DNA of 64,000 nucleotides. Origin: Nitrospirota bacterium (GTDB lineage Bacteria; Nitrospirota; Nitrospiria; Nitrospirales; Nitrospiraceae). The stretch is taken from NCBI GenBank assembly GCA_963703955.1, contig CAVPGK010000021.1, forward strand, positions 96,001 to 160,000, given 5' to 3'. A model generated the notes under the pieces. The model was given only the letters and a program-made list of their open reading frames with translations. It made no database searches and was not told the origin of the DNA. Positions 41,273-51,508 of the stretch are shown here, one piece after another (the stretch's first letter is position 1; each line of letters starts with the position of its first letter). Made by a program: the position numbers and the translations under genes.

Positions 41273-41409
41273 ACTATGCCGGTCTGTATAGCACGCCGAC
41301 GTGGCACCATGGAGAGCGTTGATAAGTGATTGAACACACGCAAGAATCACGCGCCAGTTTTCGGGCGGTCTGCGCGTACTATGCCGGTCGGTATACTCAA
41401 TAGTTCGGC
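41273..41409 (+). other. Putative attI site
   Basis: 18-bp direct repeats ACTATGCCGGTCnGTATA (41273, 41378; 17/18 identical), followed by GTATACT-CAATA-GTTCGGC. Confidence 0.6.
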
Positions 41410-41436
41410 CGCCAGAGAGAATACGGCAACGCTACA

Positions 41437-43077
41437 ATGAAGGATACCATCAGCGCAGACAGGCGACGATTCCGTCTTCTTTTCCTGATTGTGCTTGCGG
41501 GAGTGTACGCTTCCGTACTGATGTACTGGATCACAGAGCAAGGGCCCGGGGTCACTGCAGACTCAGTTATATACATTGAGGCCGCACGAAGCCTGCTTGC
41601 AGGAAACGGACTTGTCGTTCAAGACAGGGCCATGACCCATTTCCCCCCAGTCTACCCGCTCCTGCTCAGTGTGGTTGGTCTCCTGCTCGAGGGTAATATT
41701 CTTCTGGCTAGTCGCTTGCTTGCCGCCCTTCTTTTCGGCGTTAATCTTGTTCTTTTTTGCCTTGCCGTTCAAGTATGCACGAGGCACAGCCTAGCCGCCA
41801 CGGGCTGTGCAATGTTCGTTTTTCTATTTTCGGCACCAATCATATCAATACATTCGATGGCTATGTCGGAAGCGCCCTTCATCACGTTTTCTACGGCGGC
41901 TTTCCTCCTGCTTGCCTACCATATCGTCCGTCCTACCCCATACCTGCTCGTTCTCGCATCCCTGATGGCCGGCCTTGCGGCTGCAACGCGCTACGTGGGA
42001 ATCGTTCTCTTTCCAACCATGGCCATTGCGCTTCTTCTACTAGGCAATCGGCCTATCAAGCACAAACTCCGAGATGTGATAGTATTCGCTGGCATTGCTG
42101 TTCTTCCTCTCGCCTCTTGGTTCATCCGCAACGTCGTGATAGCGCAAACCGTAGCAAACAGAGAGATTACATTCCATCCCTTCAGTCTCAGTCATGCAAA
42201 GCAATTGATCATTACTATGTATGATTTCGTCCTAACAACGCGCGCGGGAGCAAAACTCTTTATCTGCGCCTACGGCCCTTCTGACCCCAACGCGACGACC
42301 GTTGCCGATCTCTGTGAGGAGGGATTATCCATCAGTGCTCGGCTGATGACACTCCATTTGGTAGTAGCTGTCGTTCTTTTTTTTCTAGGTCTTATCCTCC
42401 TGCGGAGGACAATGTACATAAAGCGAAATGGAGCATCAGTCGGCATTGTACTTCCGGCACTGTGTATCTTCTACTCTTTGGCATATGTAGCGTTTCTCAT
42501 CATCACCATTTCTTTTGTCGATGCACATACACCTGTTGACCATCGACTTCTCTTGCCGACCTTTCTCGCATTCGCCGTCGCAGGCATTTCACTCGCTTGG
42601 TCCGTGTCCGAAGCATTATGTCAGCGGTATGTCTGGTATAGCTTTGTGCTCTTTGTATTGTTCTCCGTCAGTATTAATTCGGGTAATGCGATCTCAATAG
42701 CATCATATCTACATGAGAATGGTAGCGGCTATACTTCTCAGACCTGGAAACATTCAGAAATCCTATTCTATCTGTCGGAGGTTCGTGATGGCAGTGAGAT
42801 TTACTCGAACGGTGCAGATATAATCCGCTTCTTAACAGGAAGGCAAGCGGTTATGATTCCTCAAAAGATATTTCCACGTACGCGTAGATCGAACGAGAAC
42901 TATGAGGAGCAAGTGAGTCAGATGGTTCGAGAGTGTAGAGAAGGGAGAGCGCTCTTTGTATACCTCAATAATGTCACATGGCGGTGGTACTTACCCTCGA
43001 TTAAGGAAGTGGAATCCATCGCAAAACTTCCGGTCTTGCGCAGAATGCAGGATGGAGTGATCTATGGAACGCGCTAA
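41437..43077 (+). CDS. GT-C fold (ArnT/PMT-like) polytopic membrane glycosyltransferase, integron cassette gene
   Basis: TADSVIYIEAARSL, HFPPVYPLLL, MSEAPF, ATRYVG; many TM helices; visibly lower GC than the flanks. Confidence 0.8.
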   Translation: MKDTISADRRRFRLLFLIVLAGVYASVLMYWITEQGPGVTADSVIYIEAARSLLAGNGLVVQDRAMTHFPPVYPLLLSVVGLLLEGNILLASRLLAALLFGVNLVLFCLAVQVCTRHSLAATGCAMFVFLFSAPIISIHSMAMSEAPFITFSTAAFLLLAYHIVRPTPYLLVLASLMAGLAAATRYVGIVLFPTMAIALLLLGNRPIKHKLRDVIVFAGIAVLPLASWFIRNVVIAQTVANREITFHPFSLSHAKQLIITMYDFVLTTRAGAKLFICAYGPSDPNATTVADLCEEGLSISARLMTLHLVVAVVLFFLGLILLRRTMYIKRNGASVGIVLPALCIFYSLAYVAFLIITISFVDAHTPVDHRLLLPTFLAFAVAGISLAWSVSEALCQRYVWYSFVLFVLFSVSINSGNAISIASYLHENGSGYTSQTWKHSEILFYLSEVRDGSEIYSNGADIIRFLTGRQAVMIPQKIFPRTRRSNENYEEQVSQMVRECREGRALFVYLNNVTWRWYLPSIKEVESIAKLPVLRRMQDGVIYGTR

Positions 43078-43085
43078 GAACTGAA

Positions 43086-43120
43086 GCCGAACAAGGCGCT
43101 GCACCTGACCGCTATTCCGC
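43086..43120 (+). other. Truncated attC (left half)
   Basis: GCCGAAC 8 bp after the stop is the exact reverse complement of the cassette-start GTTCGGC; it continues AAGGCGCTGCACCTGACCGCTATTCCGC, and the right arm is missing. Confidence 0.65.
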
Positions 43121-43247
43121 ATCCAGTAAACACCGGCCCATCGGTCAAGTGTGATTGCCAAAGAACGGATTTATCAGCTATGTTCTGGGTCATGTGTTCT
43201 CCCGACTGACATACCGGTTCCTGTTGAAGCAAGACGAATAATAAAAT

Positions 43248-43940
43248 ATGACAAAGTTATCTATCATCATGCCGGTTTACAATGAACGCAGTACGATTAT
43301 GGAAATCACCGATAAGGTGATGGCGGTCAATAGTGGCTGTGCCATAGACCTCGTCATTGTAGATGATGCATCAACAGATGGAACTCGAGATCTCCTAAAA
43401 ACTTTTTTGGGTCGAAATGATGTACAGATTGTGTTTCACGATCGAAATAGAGGGAAAGGCGCGGCAATCAGAACGGCGCTCGAACATGCAACGGGGGACA
43501 TCATTCTTATCCAGGATGCCGATACGGAATATGATCCTGAGGACTATGAAAGGCTTCTAGAACCGATCCTCAAAAACAAAGCTGATGTCGTGTATGGAAA
43601 TCGGTTCCATGGAGAGGCTCACCGTGTGTTGTATTTCTGGCATTACCTCGGCAACCAAGCCCTTACGTTTCTGTCCAATATGATAACAAATATCAATCTT
43701 CATGATATGGAGGTCGGCTACAAGGCTTTTCGTTCGGAGGTCCTTCGCCGGATTCAGCTGCGATCCGACCGGTTTGGTTTTGAGCCTGAAGTGACAGTCA
43801 AGGTAGCCAAGCTTGGCTGTCGTGTCTATGAAGTACCGATATCCTACCATGGTCGAACCTATGCGGAAGGGAAGAAGATAACTTGGCGAGATGGGATTAA
43901 AGCCATATGGTGTCTTTTGCGTTATAGGTTCTTTGATTGA
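43248..43940 (+). CDS. GT2 glycosyltransferase (DPM1-like polyprenol-phosphate sugar synthase)
   Basis: LSIIMPVYNE, VDDASTDGT, QDADTEYDP, FGFEPEVT, GRTYAEGKKITWRDG. Confidence 0.92.
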   Translation: MTKLSIIMPVYNERSTIMEITDKVMAVNSGCAIDLVIVDDASTDGTRDLLKTFLGRNDVQIVFHDRNRGKGAAIRTALEHATGDIILIQDADTEYDPEDYERLLEPILKNKADVVYGNRFHGEAHRVLYFWHYLGNQALTFLSNMITNINLHDMEVGYKAFRSEVLRRIQLRSDRFGFEPEVTVKVAKLGCRVYEVPISYHGRTYAEGKKITWRDGIKAIWCLLRYRFFD

Positions 43941-44139
43941 ATGCGGATCGACTGACGACCATGCCCAGCCTATCTGAAGCCAACACCGAATGAAGCGCGG
44001 GGGATAAGTAATCCTGTCGGGTCGGTGCGGCAATCTCGCCCTGGGCCCCATCAACAGCGTAGACCTCCTCAGCGGAAGAAGTCGGAACGAGTCTACTTCG
44101 GCAAACGATGTATGAACTCCGCCTCCATCTGTGCGCCGC

Positions 44140-44403
44140 CTTGGCATGAGGCTCGACGTCACTCAAGAAACGGATTGGCTGCGCGCTGTGGGTTTCGCCG
44201 TGAAGACATTCGGCAAGCTCAATATCCTGGTGAACAATGCTGGGCTCACACAGCATGAAGGCGCTGAGGCGCTGACAGGAGAGGTGTGGGATCACACAAT
44301 CGCAGTCAATCAGATGGGGGTGTGGCTATATCTGGCATCCGATGAGGCCTCCTCTGCCACGGACGCCGAACTCTTCATCGACGGCGGATTTACGGCGCAG
44401 TAA
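44140..44403 (+). pseudogene. SDR oxidoreductase remnant
   Basis: LDVTQE..FGKLNILVNNAG joined to YLASDEAS..ELFIDGGFTAQ; the Rossmann N-terminus and the YxxxK region are missing. Confidence 0.75.
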
Positions 44404-44482
44404 CCAGGAAGGGAGAACCCGATTTACAAGTCGCCGTGTGCCGTCCGGTGAGCCGCATCCGGCCGGGAGGGCTGTGGGAGAT

Positions 44483-45856
44483 CTAAAAGTTTACTCGCAG
44501 GTTGAGTGCACCGATGTAGTAGGTAGTCATGTAGGTTCCGTCGACCGTTGGGTTGATGTTGCCACTGACTGTCCGATTCTCATAGAAGAGAGTCTGAAAG
44601 GCAAGGTCCAGGCCGATCGCCTTGGGATGGAACCGTCCCCCATCCGTGCGCCCGCATTGGAACAATCCGAGGAAGCGCCCAGCGTCCTTGCACAGCAGGC
44701 CTAGTCCGACTGACACGGTGTAATTGTCGGCGTCCGGGACCGAGGGGTTAAACGTCGGGTCCGGAACCGCGTTCTGGCCAAACCAGAATCCGCCGCGGGC
44801 CGCAACCTCCCAGTGCGGCAGCTTCTCTGGATGCAGCCACTTGTATTCGGTACCGGTCATGATGGTGAACCCGCTTTGCCAGTTCCGGGGGAACGGAAGC
44901 GTGGCCCCGTTGGACAGGTGAACGTCCGTATTGCCGAAAGACTGCCAGTCCGTATAGTCAACATCCAACTCCAATTTCCATTCATGGTCTTGGTCTCGGA
45001 CCGGCCAGAGGGCGATCGCGCCAGTGAAAACCTGAGGCATGTTGAACGTCGACTGGGCGTTGGCCGCGACGGCCCCATTCACGAGGAACTGACCCTGCAG
45101 ATCGAGCGAAAACTTGCTTCGGTACACGAAGCCAACGTTCACGAGCGGCTTTCCGTCCGCATTGCGGAGAGGGGTGTACATGAAGCTCGCGTTGAAGCCA
45201 ACCGCTGTGTCTTTCCCGTTGATTTCCAAGGGCGTTGGAAACGGCGGAAGGCCTCCCACTCCCGGGGAATTCAACTTGGCTTCAGCCTGCCCCTCGCCCA
45301 GAAAGCCCAAAAATGTATAAATGTCCAGGCCGATGCCCACGGAGAACTGGTCGTTAACCTTGTAGGCGAGTGTTGGCTTGAAATCGACCAACTGGAAGCT
45401 CGCGCTGGTCACCGACGTGGAAAACGGGCCGTTGTTGGGATAGCGAATCTGTAAACCGAACGGATACAGGAGACCGAACCCGACCGTCAGGTCGCCCAAG
45501 GCCGTGATACCAAGGTCCTTGAGGTTGGCCGTGAGGTAGAGATTGCTGGGCGGCGGCCACGCGACGCTGCCCTGGAAATCCCCTGTCGCGGTCTGGCCGG
45601 CCGCGTTCTGGAATGAGGTAGTCCCCCCGACTAAAAGCCCGCCGACCGAGAATTGGACGCCTCGCAGCTGCGTCATGCCGGCGGGATTATAGTAGACAGC
45701 GGATGCGTCATCAGCCTGGGCGGTGAAGGCGGAACTCTGTCCGGTTGCCGACGCGCTCTGATCGATGATCCGGAATCCGGACGCATGTAGCAGTGATGGA
45801 CTCCCCATCAGGGTTAGTACCGTGCCAATGATTGCCAGTTTTTTCCGTGTGCCCAT
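44483..45856 (-). CDS. OmpP1/FadL/TodX family outer-membrane transporter
   Basis: Signal peptide from [24 protein letters not shown] hatch motif; C-terminal Phe. Confidence 0.9.
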   Translation of the reverse strand: MGTRKKLAIIGTVLTLMGSPSLLHASGFRIIDQSASATGQSSAFTAQADDASAVYYNPAGMTQLRGVQFSVGGLLVGGTTSFQNAAGQTATGDFQGSVAWPPPSNLYLTANLKDLGITALGDLTVGFGLLYPFGLQIRYPNNGPFSTSVTSASFQLVDFKPTLAYKVNDQFSVGIGLDIYTFLGFLGEGQAEAKLNSPGVGGLPPFPTPLEINGKDTAVGFNASFMYTPLRNADGKPLVNVGFVYRSKFSLDLQGQFLVNGAVAANAQSTFNMPQVFTGAIALWPVRDQDHEWKLELDVDYTDWQSFGNTDVHLSNGATLPFPRNWQSGFTIMTGTEYKWLHPEKLPHWEVAARGGFWFGQNAVPDPTFNPSVPDADNYTVSVGLGLLCKDAGRFLGLFQCGRTDGGRFHPKAIGLDLAFQTLFYENRTVSGNINPTVDGTYMTTYYIGALNLRVNF

Positions 45857-46042
45857 GGGGGCCTTCCGGTTGAGCCGAGGGACCGCGGAGTCACGGAACT
45901 TCGTGGCCGCCCGGGGTCGGATTCGACGGAAAAGGGCTCTGGTGGCCTCAGATTCCACGACCTGCAAGGCCTCGGAGTTTCGGTGCGTGGCGCTCCAGGG
46001 TGGCAAGCTGTCGGCGAGAGCGGAATCAACCCGAGAGTGTCG

Positions 46043-46225
46043 ATACTGAGCAATATGGCCGTCGTAACGACGGACTTCGTCCGAGCACACCCGATGATAG
46101 TCACGGATCATGCATCGCAGGTCTTCAGGGTCCAGCCGCTCAGACAGTTCGGTCGATCCGACCACATCACAGAACAACACGGTGAACTGCCGGCGCTCTG
46201 CCTCGCGTATGGTCGAGGCCTTCAT
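46043..46225 (-). pseudogene. N-terminal fragment of a class III adenylate/guanylate cyclase
   Basis: [29 protein letters not shown]...YDGHIAQY, truncated just before the GDG motif. Confidence 0.8.
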
Positions 46226-46618
46226 CCGGATGCATCCCAAACCTCCCCCATCCCCACTCCTTGAATGCGCCAAGGGGTCCCCATCCATTCACCACCTCCC
46301 TCTTCCACAGAAAAAAGGCTCGCGGAATGCGAAATTCCGGAGCCCTGGATCAACCGCGACGCTGCCCACGGAAGAAGAGAACCATTCGCTCCCGGCAACA
46401 GGGTGTGTACGATTCGTGATCCTAACCTTAGGAAACTATTGCAAGGCCGTTAACTCTTGTCAAGGTAATTCATGTAGGAAGTACCACTCAGTCTCTTGTA
46501 CTGACTTCATCATTTCAGTCGCTTCCTTTCTTTCTTCTTCAAACAAGGAGGCGGGACGGGCAGTGTCTTCGTGAGCCGGCCGCATCTTTAGATTGACCAC
46601 CGCCTCATTCCACTCCTC

Positions 46619-47191
46619 TCAGGATTTTCGATCTTTCTGCATCAGCTTGTCCGTCCAGGCCAGGAGTATTGCCGACCCCAGAAACGTGAGATGGATCAGG
46701 ATCTGCCATTTGATGTGCTCAGGCGACACGTTCTTCACGTTCACGAAGGCCTTGAGCAGGTGGATGCTGGAGATGCCGATCAGGGAAGATGCCAGCTTGA
46801 CCTTGATTGTGCCGGGATCCACATGACTCAGCCAGTCCGGGCGGTCTCGATGGCCTTCCAAATCCAGTTTGCTCACAAAGGTCGCATAGCCGCCGATCAC
46901 GACCATCGTCAACAGATTGGCCACCATTGTAATGTCCACGAGCGAGAGGATGCCGAGCATAAATACGGTCTCGGTCAGCTCACGGAGTTCGTGCACCATG
47001 CCCCACAGCTCTGTCAGAAACTTGTACGCGTAGAGTAGTTCCGCAAGAATCAGACCGGCATAGAGCGGCGCCTGAATCCAGCGGCTGGCGAAGATGACGA
47101 TTTCTAACCCTTGTTCTATGCGGCTGATGCCCCCATGTCCCGGACCGACTGCAACGACGCTTCCGTGCGAGGGATTGCTTATGTCCGACAT
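46619..47191 (-). CDS. TIGR00645 / UPF0114 (YqhA-like) membrane protein
   Basis: IFASRWIQAPLYAGL, VIGGYATFVSKL, KVKLASSLIGISSIHLLKAF. Confidence 0.9.
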   Translation of the reverse strand: MSDISNPSHGSVVAVGPGHGGISRIEQGLEIVIFASRWIQAPLYAGLILAELLYAYKFLTELWGMVHELRELTETVFMLGILSLVDITMVANLLTMVVIGGYATFVSKLDLEGHRDRPDWLSHVDPGTIKVKLASSLIGISSIHLLKAFVNVKNVSPEHIKWQILIHLTFLGSAILLAWTDKLMQKDRKS

Positions 47192-47529
47192 ACATCCTCC
47201 TTGCTGTTATGGTATGACAAGATGACGGCACCCCATGCCCAAATGATGGGAAGCCCGGACTCGATCAGTACAAGGATCTTGGAATGGCGATGTCAGGTAG
47301 GATCAACCGGTACATCCTAGAAAAGTCTCACACGTCTGTCAATGCTTCGCCTTGATTCATCGCCTGCTCAAAGGTTGTCTAGCGAGGAATGCATTCTGAG
47401 CGATGCAATCATTGATTTGTGTTAAAGTCGGTCAATATGCATCTAAATGGTTTCTTGTACCGTACTGTCAACTGCTATTGAGATTCACATCGCACCTAAC
47501 CCAGTGACGCCTATCGTAGGAGCAGGTTA

Positions 47530-48777
47530 ATGAATATGTACCGAGAGTTGGAACTCAATCTGACCACCGACCAACAGACGCTCAAAGAGCGCGTTCATCA
47601 ATTTGCGAGAGAGGTGCTGCGGCCGACCGCCTTGACCCTTGACCGCCTGCATGATCCCCATGAGGTAATCGAGCCGAGTTCTCCGTTGTGGAGTGCACTG
47701 AAGGCCGCCTATGGACATGGGTTTCATACGGCGCTGATTCCCAATAAGTACGGCGGCTTGGGGCTGCAAGGCTTGAGCCTACATATAGCCTTGGAAGAAT
47801 TAGGCTGGGGCAGCCCCGACTTTGCCGTCAGCCTCGCCATGGCTGGGTTTCCCTTCGCTATGGCAGCCTCCACCGGCAAGGCTGATCTTATTGACGAATT
47901 GGTCATGCCATTTATCAAGGATGCAGAGGCGCGATTGGTCGGCTGTTGGGCCATTACCGAGCCGGACCACGGCTCGGATCAATTCATGGCTGGCACTCCA
48001 CAGTTTTATGATCCGGAGATTTCAGGACAAGTCGTCGCCCGGTCGGACGGGAACCACTACGTCATTAATGGACAGAAGTCGGCGTGGGTTTCGAACGGAA
48101 CCATCGCCACGCACGCCGTCGTGTACCTTTCGCTTGATCCATTGAAAGGATTGGCCGGTGGCGGCGTCGCATTTATTCCACTCGATCTTCCCGGCGTCTC
48201 AAAAGGTAAACCGCTGGATAAGCTCGGCCAACGAGCCCTGAACCAGGGCAGCATCACGTTCGCGGACGTGCGCGTCCCTAAGCGATATCTGTTGGCGGAT
48301 TCATCGGCCTATGAGGCGATTCTCCATCACACGCTGTGCTTTTCAAACGCCGCCATGGGTGCCGTCTTTACCGGTGTCGCAAGAGCGGCTTACGAAGCGG
48401 CGATGGCATATACGAGGATCAGGGTGCAAGGCGGGAAGCCCATCAGCGAGCATCAATTGGTCCAGAAACATCTGTTCGATATGTTTACGAAAGTTGAAAC
48501 ATGCCGGGCTCTCTCGCGCGCGTCAACGGTCTACAATGCGACGATGCAGCCGCCGGCTCTCGAACATGCCATCGCAACGAAGGTGTATTGCACACAGGCC
48601 TGCCTTGAAGTCACCGATACGGCACTGCAACTCTTCGGTGGAAAAGGCCTCAGCCGTGACTATCCCATTGAAAAGCTTTACCGCGATGCGCGTGCGGCCT
48701 TGATCGAAGACGGCGCCAACGATGTCCTTGCACTGGTAGGCGCACGTCAGATTCTAAATCGCGCAATCAGCGACTGA
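47530..48777 (+). CDS. Acyl-CoA dehydrogenase
   Basis: WAITEPDHGSD, INGQKSAWVSNG, RVQGGKPI, ALQLFGGKG, YRDARAALIEDG. Confidence 0.92.
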   Translation: MNMYRELELNLTTDQQTLKERVHQFAREVLRPTALTLDRLHDPHEVIEPSSPLWSALKAAYGHGFHTALIPNKYGGLGLQGLSLHIALEELGWGSPDFAVSLAMAGFPFAMAASTGKADLIDELVMPFIKDAEARLVGCWAITEPDHGSDQFMAGTPQFYDPEISGQVVARSDGNHYVINGQKSAWVSNGTIATHAVVYLSLDPLKGLAGGGVAFIPLDLPGVSKGKPLDKLGQRALNQGSITFADVRVPKRYLLADSSAYEAILHHTLCFSNAAMGAVFTGVARAAYEAAMAYTRIRVQGGKPISEHQLVQKHLFDMFTKVETCRALSRASTVYNATMQPPALEHAIATKVYCTQACLEVTDTALQLFGGKGLSRDYPIEKLYRDARAALIEDGANDVLALVGARQILNRAISD

Positions 48778-48802
48778 ACAACGATGGCGCCGCGATCCTG
48801 CT

Positions 48803-49444
48803 TTAACTGCCCCGGACTAGTTGGTTGGGAAGCTCGTCGGGATTATCATCCTGTTTCGCGGGAAAATGCTGAGCCAAGAGGTCTCCGCATCTCGCGATGG
48901 CCCCGCAGAGAGCGTCCGTAGGTTGGCCGTCGTGAATACCCCGCACGAGATCGTTCACCAATTCGTCCCATGTCCCAGGAGGGACCCGCTCATGAATGGC
49001 GCGATCCGCCAACACCAGGGCTCGACGCTCCAACAACGACAGAAAAATCAGGACGCCGGTGCCTTCTCGCGTCTTATGCAAGCCCTGTTCATGAAATGCC
49101 GATTCCGCCCGCCGGCGTACTTTCGTCGCCATGCGTTCCTGTGACGTGAACAGTCGCACGCACCAGCGGAGCGTTCCGACCGCATGTCCGACCAGGTAGG
49201 CCACCACCACGCCAAGGACCATCCAACCGGGATGTGTCTCGGCCCAGTCATGCGGACCCCAGCCGTACTCGAACGCCAAGAACGCACTCAGAGCAAGCAG
49301 AGCCACAACCAAGCCGGCCAGATGCCAAGACTCACGGTAGCGCGCCGATGCCGGGACCACCATGGGAACGATCTCTCCCCGGGTCCGTCGTTCGGCCGCC
49401 CGCACTGCGTCGCGAATGGCAGCTAAATCCGATTCTGAAAACAT
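48803..49444 (-). CDS. TPM domain membrane protein
   Basis: AVRAAERRTRGEIV, TGVLIFLSLLER, DNPDELPN. Confidence 0.88.
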   Translation of the reverse strand: MFSESDLAAIRDAVRAAERRTRGEIVPMVVPASARYRESWHLAGLVVALLALSAFLAFEYGWGPHDWAETHPGWMVLGVVVAYLVGHAVGTLRWCVRLFTSQERMATKVRRRAESAFHEQGLHKTREGTGVLIFLSLLERRALVLADRAIHERVPPGTWDELVNDLVRGIHDGQPTDALCGAIARCGDLLAQHFPAKQDDNPDELPNQLVRGS

Positions 49445-49558
49445 ACCTTCTACTCTCAGAGTGGTGACGGGCCGGGCTGATCCTTACTGCGCCGTCGAGT
49501 GAGCGCTTCTAACATGCGCGCTCCCCGAGCATAGGGGTCAGCCTGGCCCACTCTCTCC

Positions 49559-50455
49559 TCACCACTGTCCTGATGCTCCTCCGCCCCCAAAATCTCCTCC
49601 CCCGCCTCCAAACGAATCTGTTGAGGAAGGGAAACCGCCACCATACCCGCCGCTCCACCCCGGGCCCCAACCGCTGTCCCAACCTCGTGACGCTCGTCTG
49701 CCTCCTCCGGAAAGCGCCGCGAGAACAAAGGCCACCACCATGCCCACCGCGCCAGCCGCAACGGCGAGATGGATTCCGGACGGCATGCCGATGAAGAACG
49801 AGAGGAGCCCGCTCACCGTTCCCGCCAAAACCCGTAGTGGTCGTCCGACCATCGCCCCGATCAGAGCCCCAAGGACCACCGCGATCACCAGGACACTCCA
49901 CGCATCACTCGTCTCCGGCTGCATGCGAGGGGGTAACTCCGGTGGAATCTCAGTCCCTTCAATCGTGCCCATGATGGCCTTAAGTCCGGCGCTGATGCCT
50001 CCGGCGAAGTCGTTCGACCTGAAACGTGGCACGATGACGTTTCGAATGATACGGGCGGAGGCGGCGTCCGTCAGCTTCCCTTCAAGGCCATATCCGACTT
50101 CGATGCGGATTCGACGCTCACCGGGCACGATCACCAGCAACACGCCGTTGTCGCTGCCCTTCTGACCCAGCTTCCAGGTGGTCGCGACCCGATGCGAGTA
50201 GTCTTCGAGCGGCTCGCCGTCCAGCGACGGCAGGGTCAGCACAGCGATTTGATTTCCGGTTTTTCGCTCGTGCTCGGCGAGTTCAGCGGATAGAGAGCTC
50301 TCGACATCCGCTGAAAGCAGGTTCGCGAGATCGACGATCCGTCCGGTGAGAGAGGGAACCTCAAGAGCAAGGGCAAACGACACTAAGACGAGAAAGGAAC
50401 AGAAAATGACTAAAGAAAGACGACCGATACACGTGCGCGTGTGATAGAACATCAA
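49559..50455 (-). CDS. TPM domain protein (YgcG-like)
   Basis: DNGVLLVI..RIEVGYGLEG; Gly-rich tail GGGGDFGGGGASGQW. Confidence 0.9.
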   Translation of the reverse strand: MMFYHTRTCIGRLSLVIFCSFLVLVSFALALEVPSLTGRIVDLANLLSADVESSLSAELAEHERKTGNQIAVLTLPSLDGEPLEDYSHRVATTWKLGQKGSDNGVLLVIVPGERRIRIEVGYGLEGKLTDAASARIIRNVIVPRFRSNDFAGGISAGLKAIMGTIEGTEIPPELPPRMQPETSDAWSVLVIAVVLGALIGAMVGRPLRVLAGTVSGLLSFFIGMPSGIHLAVAAGAVGMVVAFVLAALSGGGRRASRGWDSGWGPGWSGGYGGGFPSSTDSFGGGGGDFGGGGASGQW

Positions 50456-50460
50456 CCCTA

Positions 50461-50647
50461 GAGGCTGCTCAAAATGGCCTCCAGCAAGGCCGCAGGGTTC
50501 GCGACGCGAGGAATAACGAGCGTCACGTTTGCGAACGCCGGCGAGTCGGTGAGCCGGCCGGTTCCTTGAGGACCCGGAGGCGTACTCTTGTACGTTGAGG
50601 GGGACACGCGACTGAGAACGCCGCTGGAGGACATTTTCAGCAGCCTC
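50461..50647. mobile_element. 187-bp MITE-like element
   Basis: 25-bp TIR GAGGCTGCT(C/G)AAAATG(G/T)CCTCCAGC (23/25 match) flanked by CTA direct repeats; no coding capacity. Confidence 0.75.
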
Positions 50648-51241
50648 CTAAAACTTCACTTCGGGCGGCCTACTCACCGCCTTCTCATCCGCCACCGTGA
50701 AGGTCGGCTTGACATCGGCGTGCAGCAGAAATTTCGCAGTCAAATTGGTGGGGAAGAATCGAACCGCCTTGTTATACTCGGCCACCCTGTCGATGTAACG
50801 TTTGCGCGCCACCGCCACCCGATTCTCCGTTCCTTCGAGCTGACTCTGCAGGTCTCGAAAATTCTCGTTGGCCTTCAAATCGGGATACCGCTCCGCCACC
50901 ACCAGCAAGCGGGACAACGCGGACGACAGTTCTCCTTGCGCTTGCTGAAACTTCTGGAACGCGGCCGGATCCTTCAGCAGCTCCGGTGTGGCCTGAATAC
51001 TGCCGACCTGGGCGCGCGCCCGAGTCACCGCTTCAAAGGTTTCCCGCTCATGCGCCGCGTAGCCTTTAACCGTGTTGACGAGGTTCGGAATCAAGTCCGC
51101 CCGGCGCTGGTATTGATTCAACACTTCGCTCCAGGCGGCGTTGGTTTCCTCATCCAGCCCCTGAATCTCATTGTATCCGCACCCGGATACGACGGCCAAC
51201 CAGAGCAGCCCGACCACCATCATCTCTAACCGCACCAGCAT
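50648..51241 (-). CDS. lemA: LemA family protein
   Basis: SGCGYNEIQ, NQYQRRADLIPNLVNTVKGYA, ERYPDLKAN, LEGTENRVAVAR. Confidence 0.95.
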   Translation of the reverse strand: MLVRLEMMVVGLLWLAVVSGCGYNEIQGLDEETNAAWSEVLNQYQRRADLIPNLVNTVKGYAAHERETFEAVTRARAQVGSIQATPELLKDPAAFQKFQQAQGELSSALSRLLVVAERYPDLKANENFRDLQSQLEGTENRVAVARKRYIDRVAEYNKAVRFFPTNLTAKFLLHADVKPTFTVADEKAVSRPPEVKF

Positions 51242-51508
51242 AGCTCACCCCCCCCGCTCCTCGTGATCAATTGCCGAGACCCCGAGGCCGACCGTTGTTG
51301 TGATTGTACCGGTAGTGAAGCGTTCGACAGCGTCTCACACCTGCTTCTTTGTGTAAGCCGGGCGCTGGGCCTCTTCATAGGCGAAACCACCGATCTCTGT
51401 CAAGGACGGAATGGCAAACGTGAGGCGTTCCCGGTGGGGGCGCTCTCTCCGAGGACCTATCGGGAGAGGGTGAGGAGTTTATTCGGGGGGAGGGTTGGGC
51501 CACACATA

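Noticed and set aside
44483..46288. 601-aa adenylate cyclase-FadL 'fusion' ORF
   Set aside because: The cyclase part is a ~60-aa truncated stub followed by non-coding-like sequence. FadL has its own Met and signal peptide at 45856, so the in-frame join is probably fortuitous.
47412..47425. FNR-like site TTGAT-N4-GTTAA upstream of the acyl-CoA dehydrogenase
   Set aside because: The second half-site is too degenerate to support
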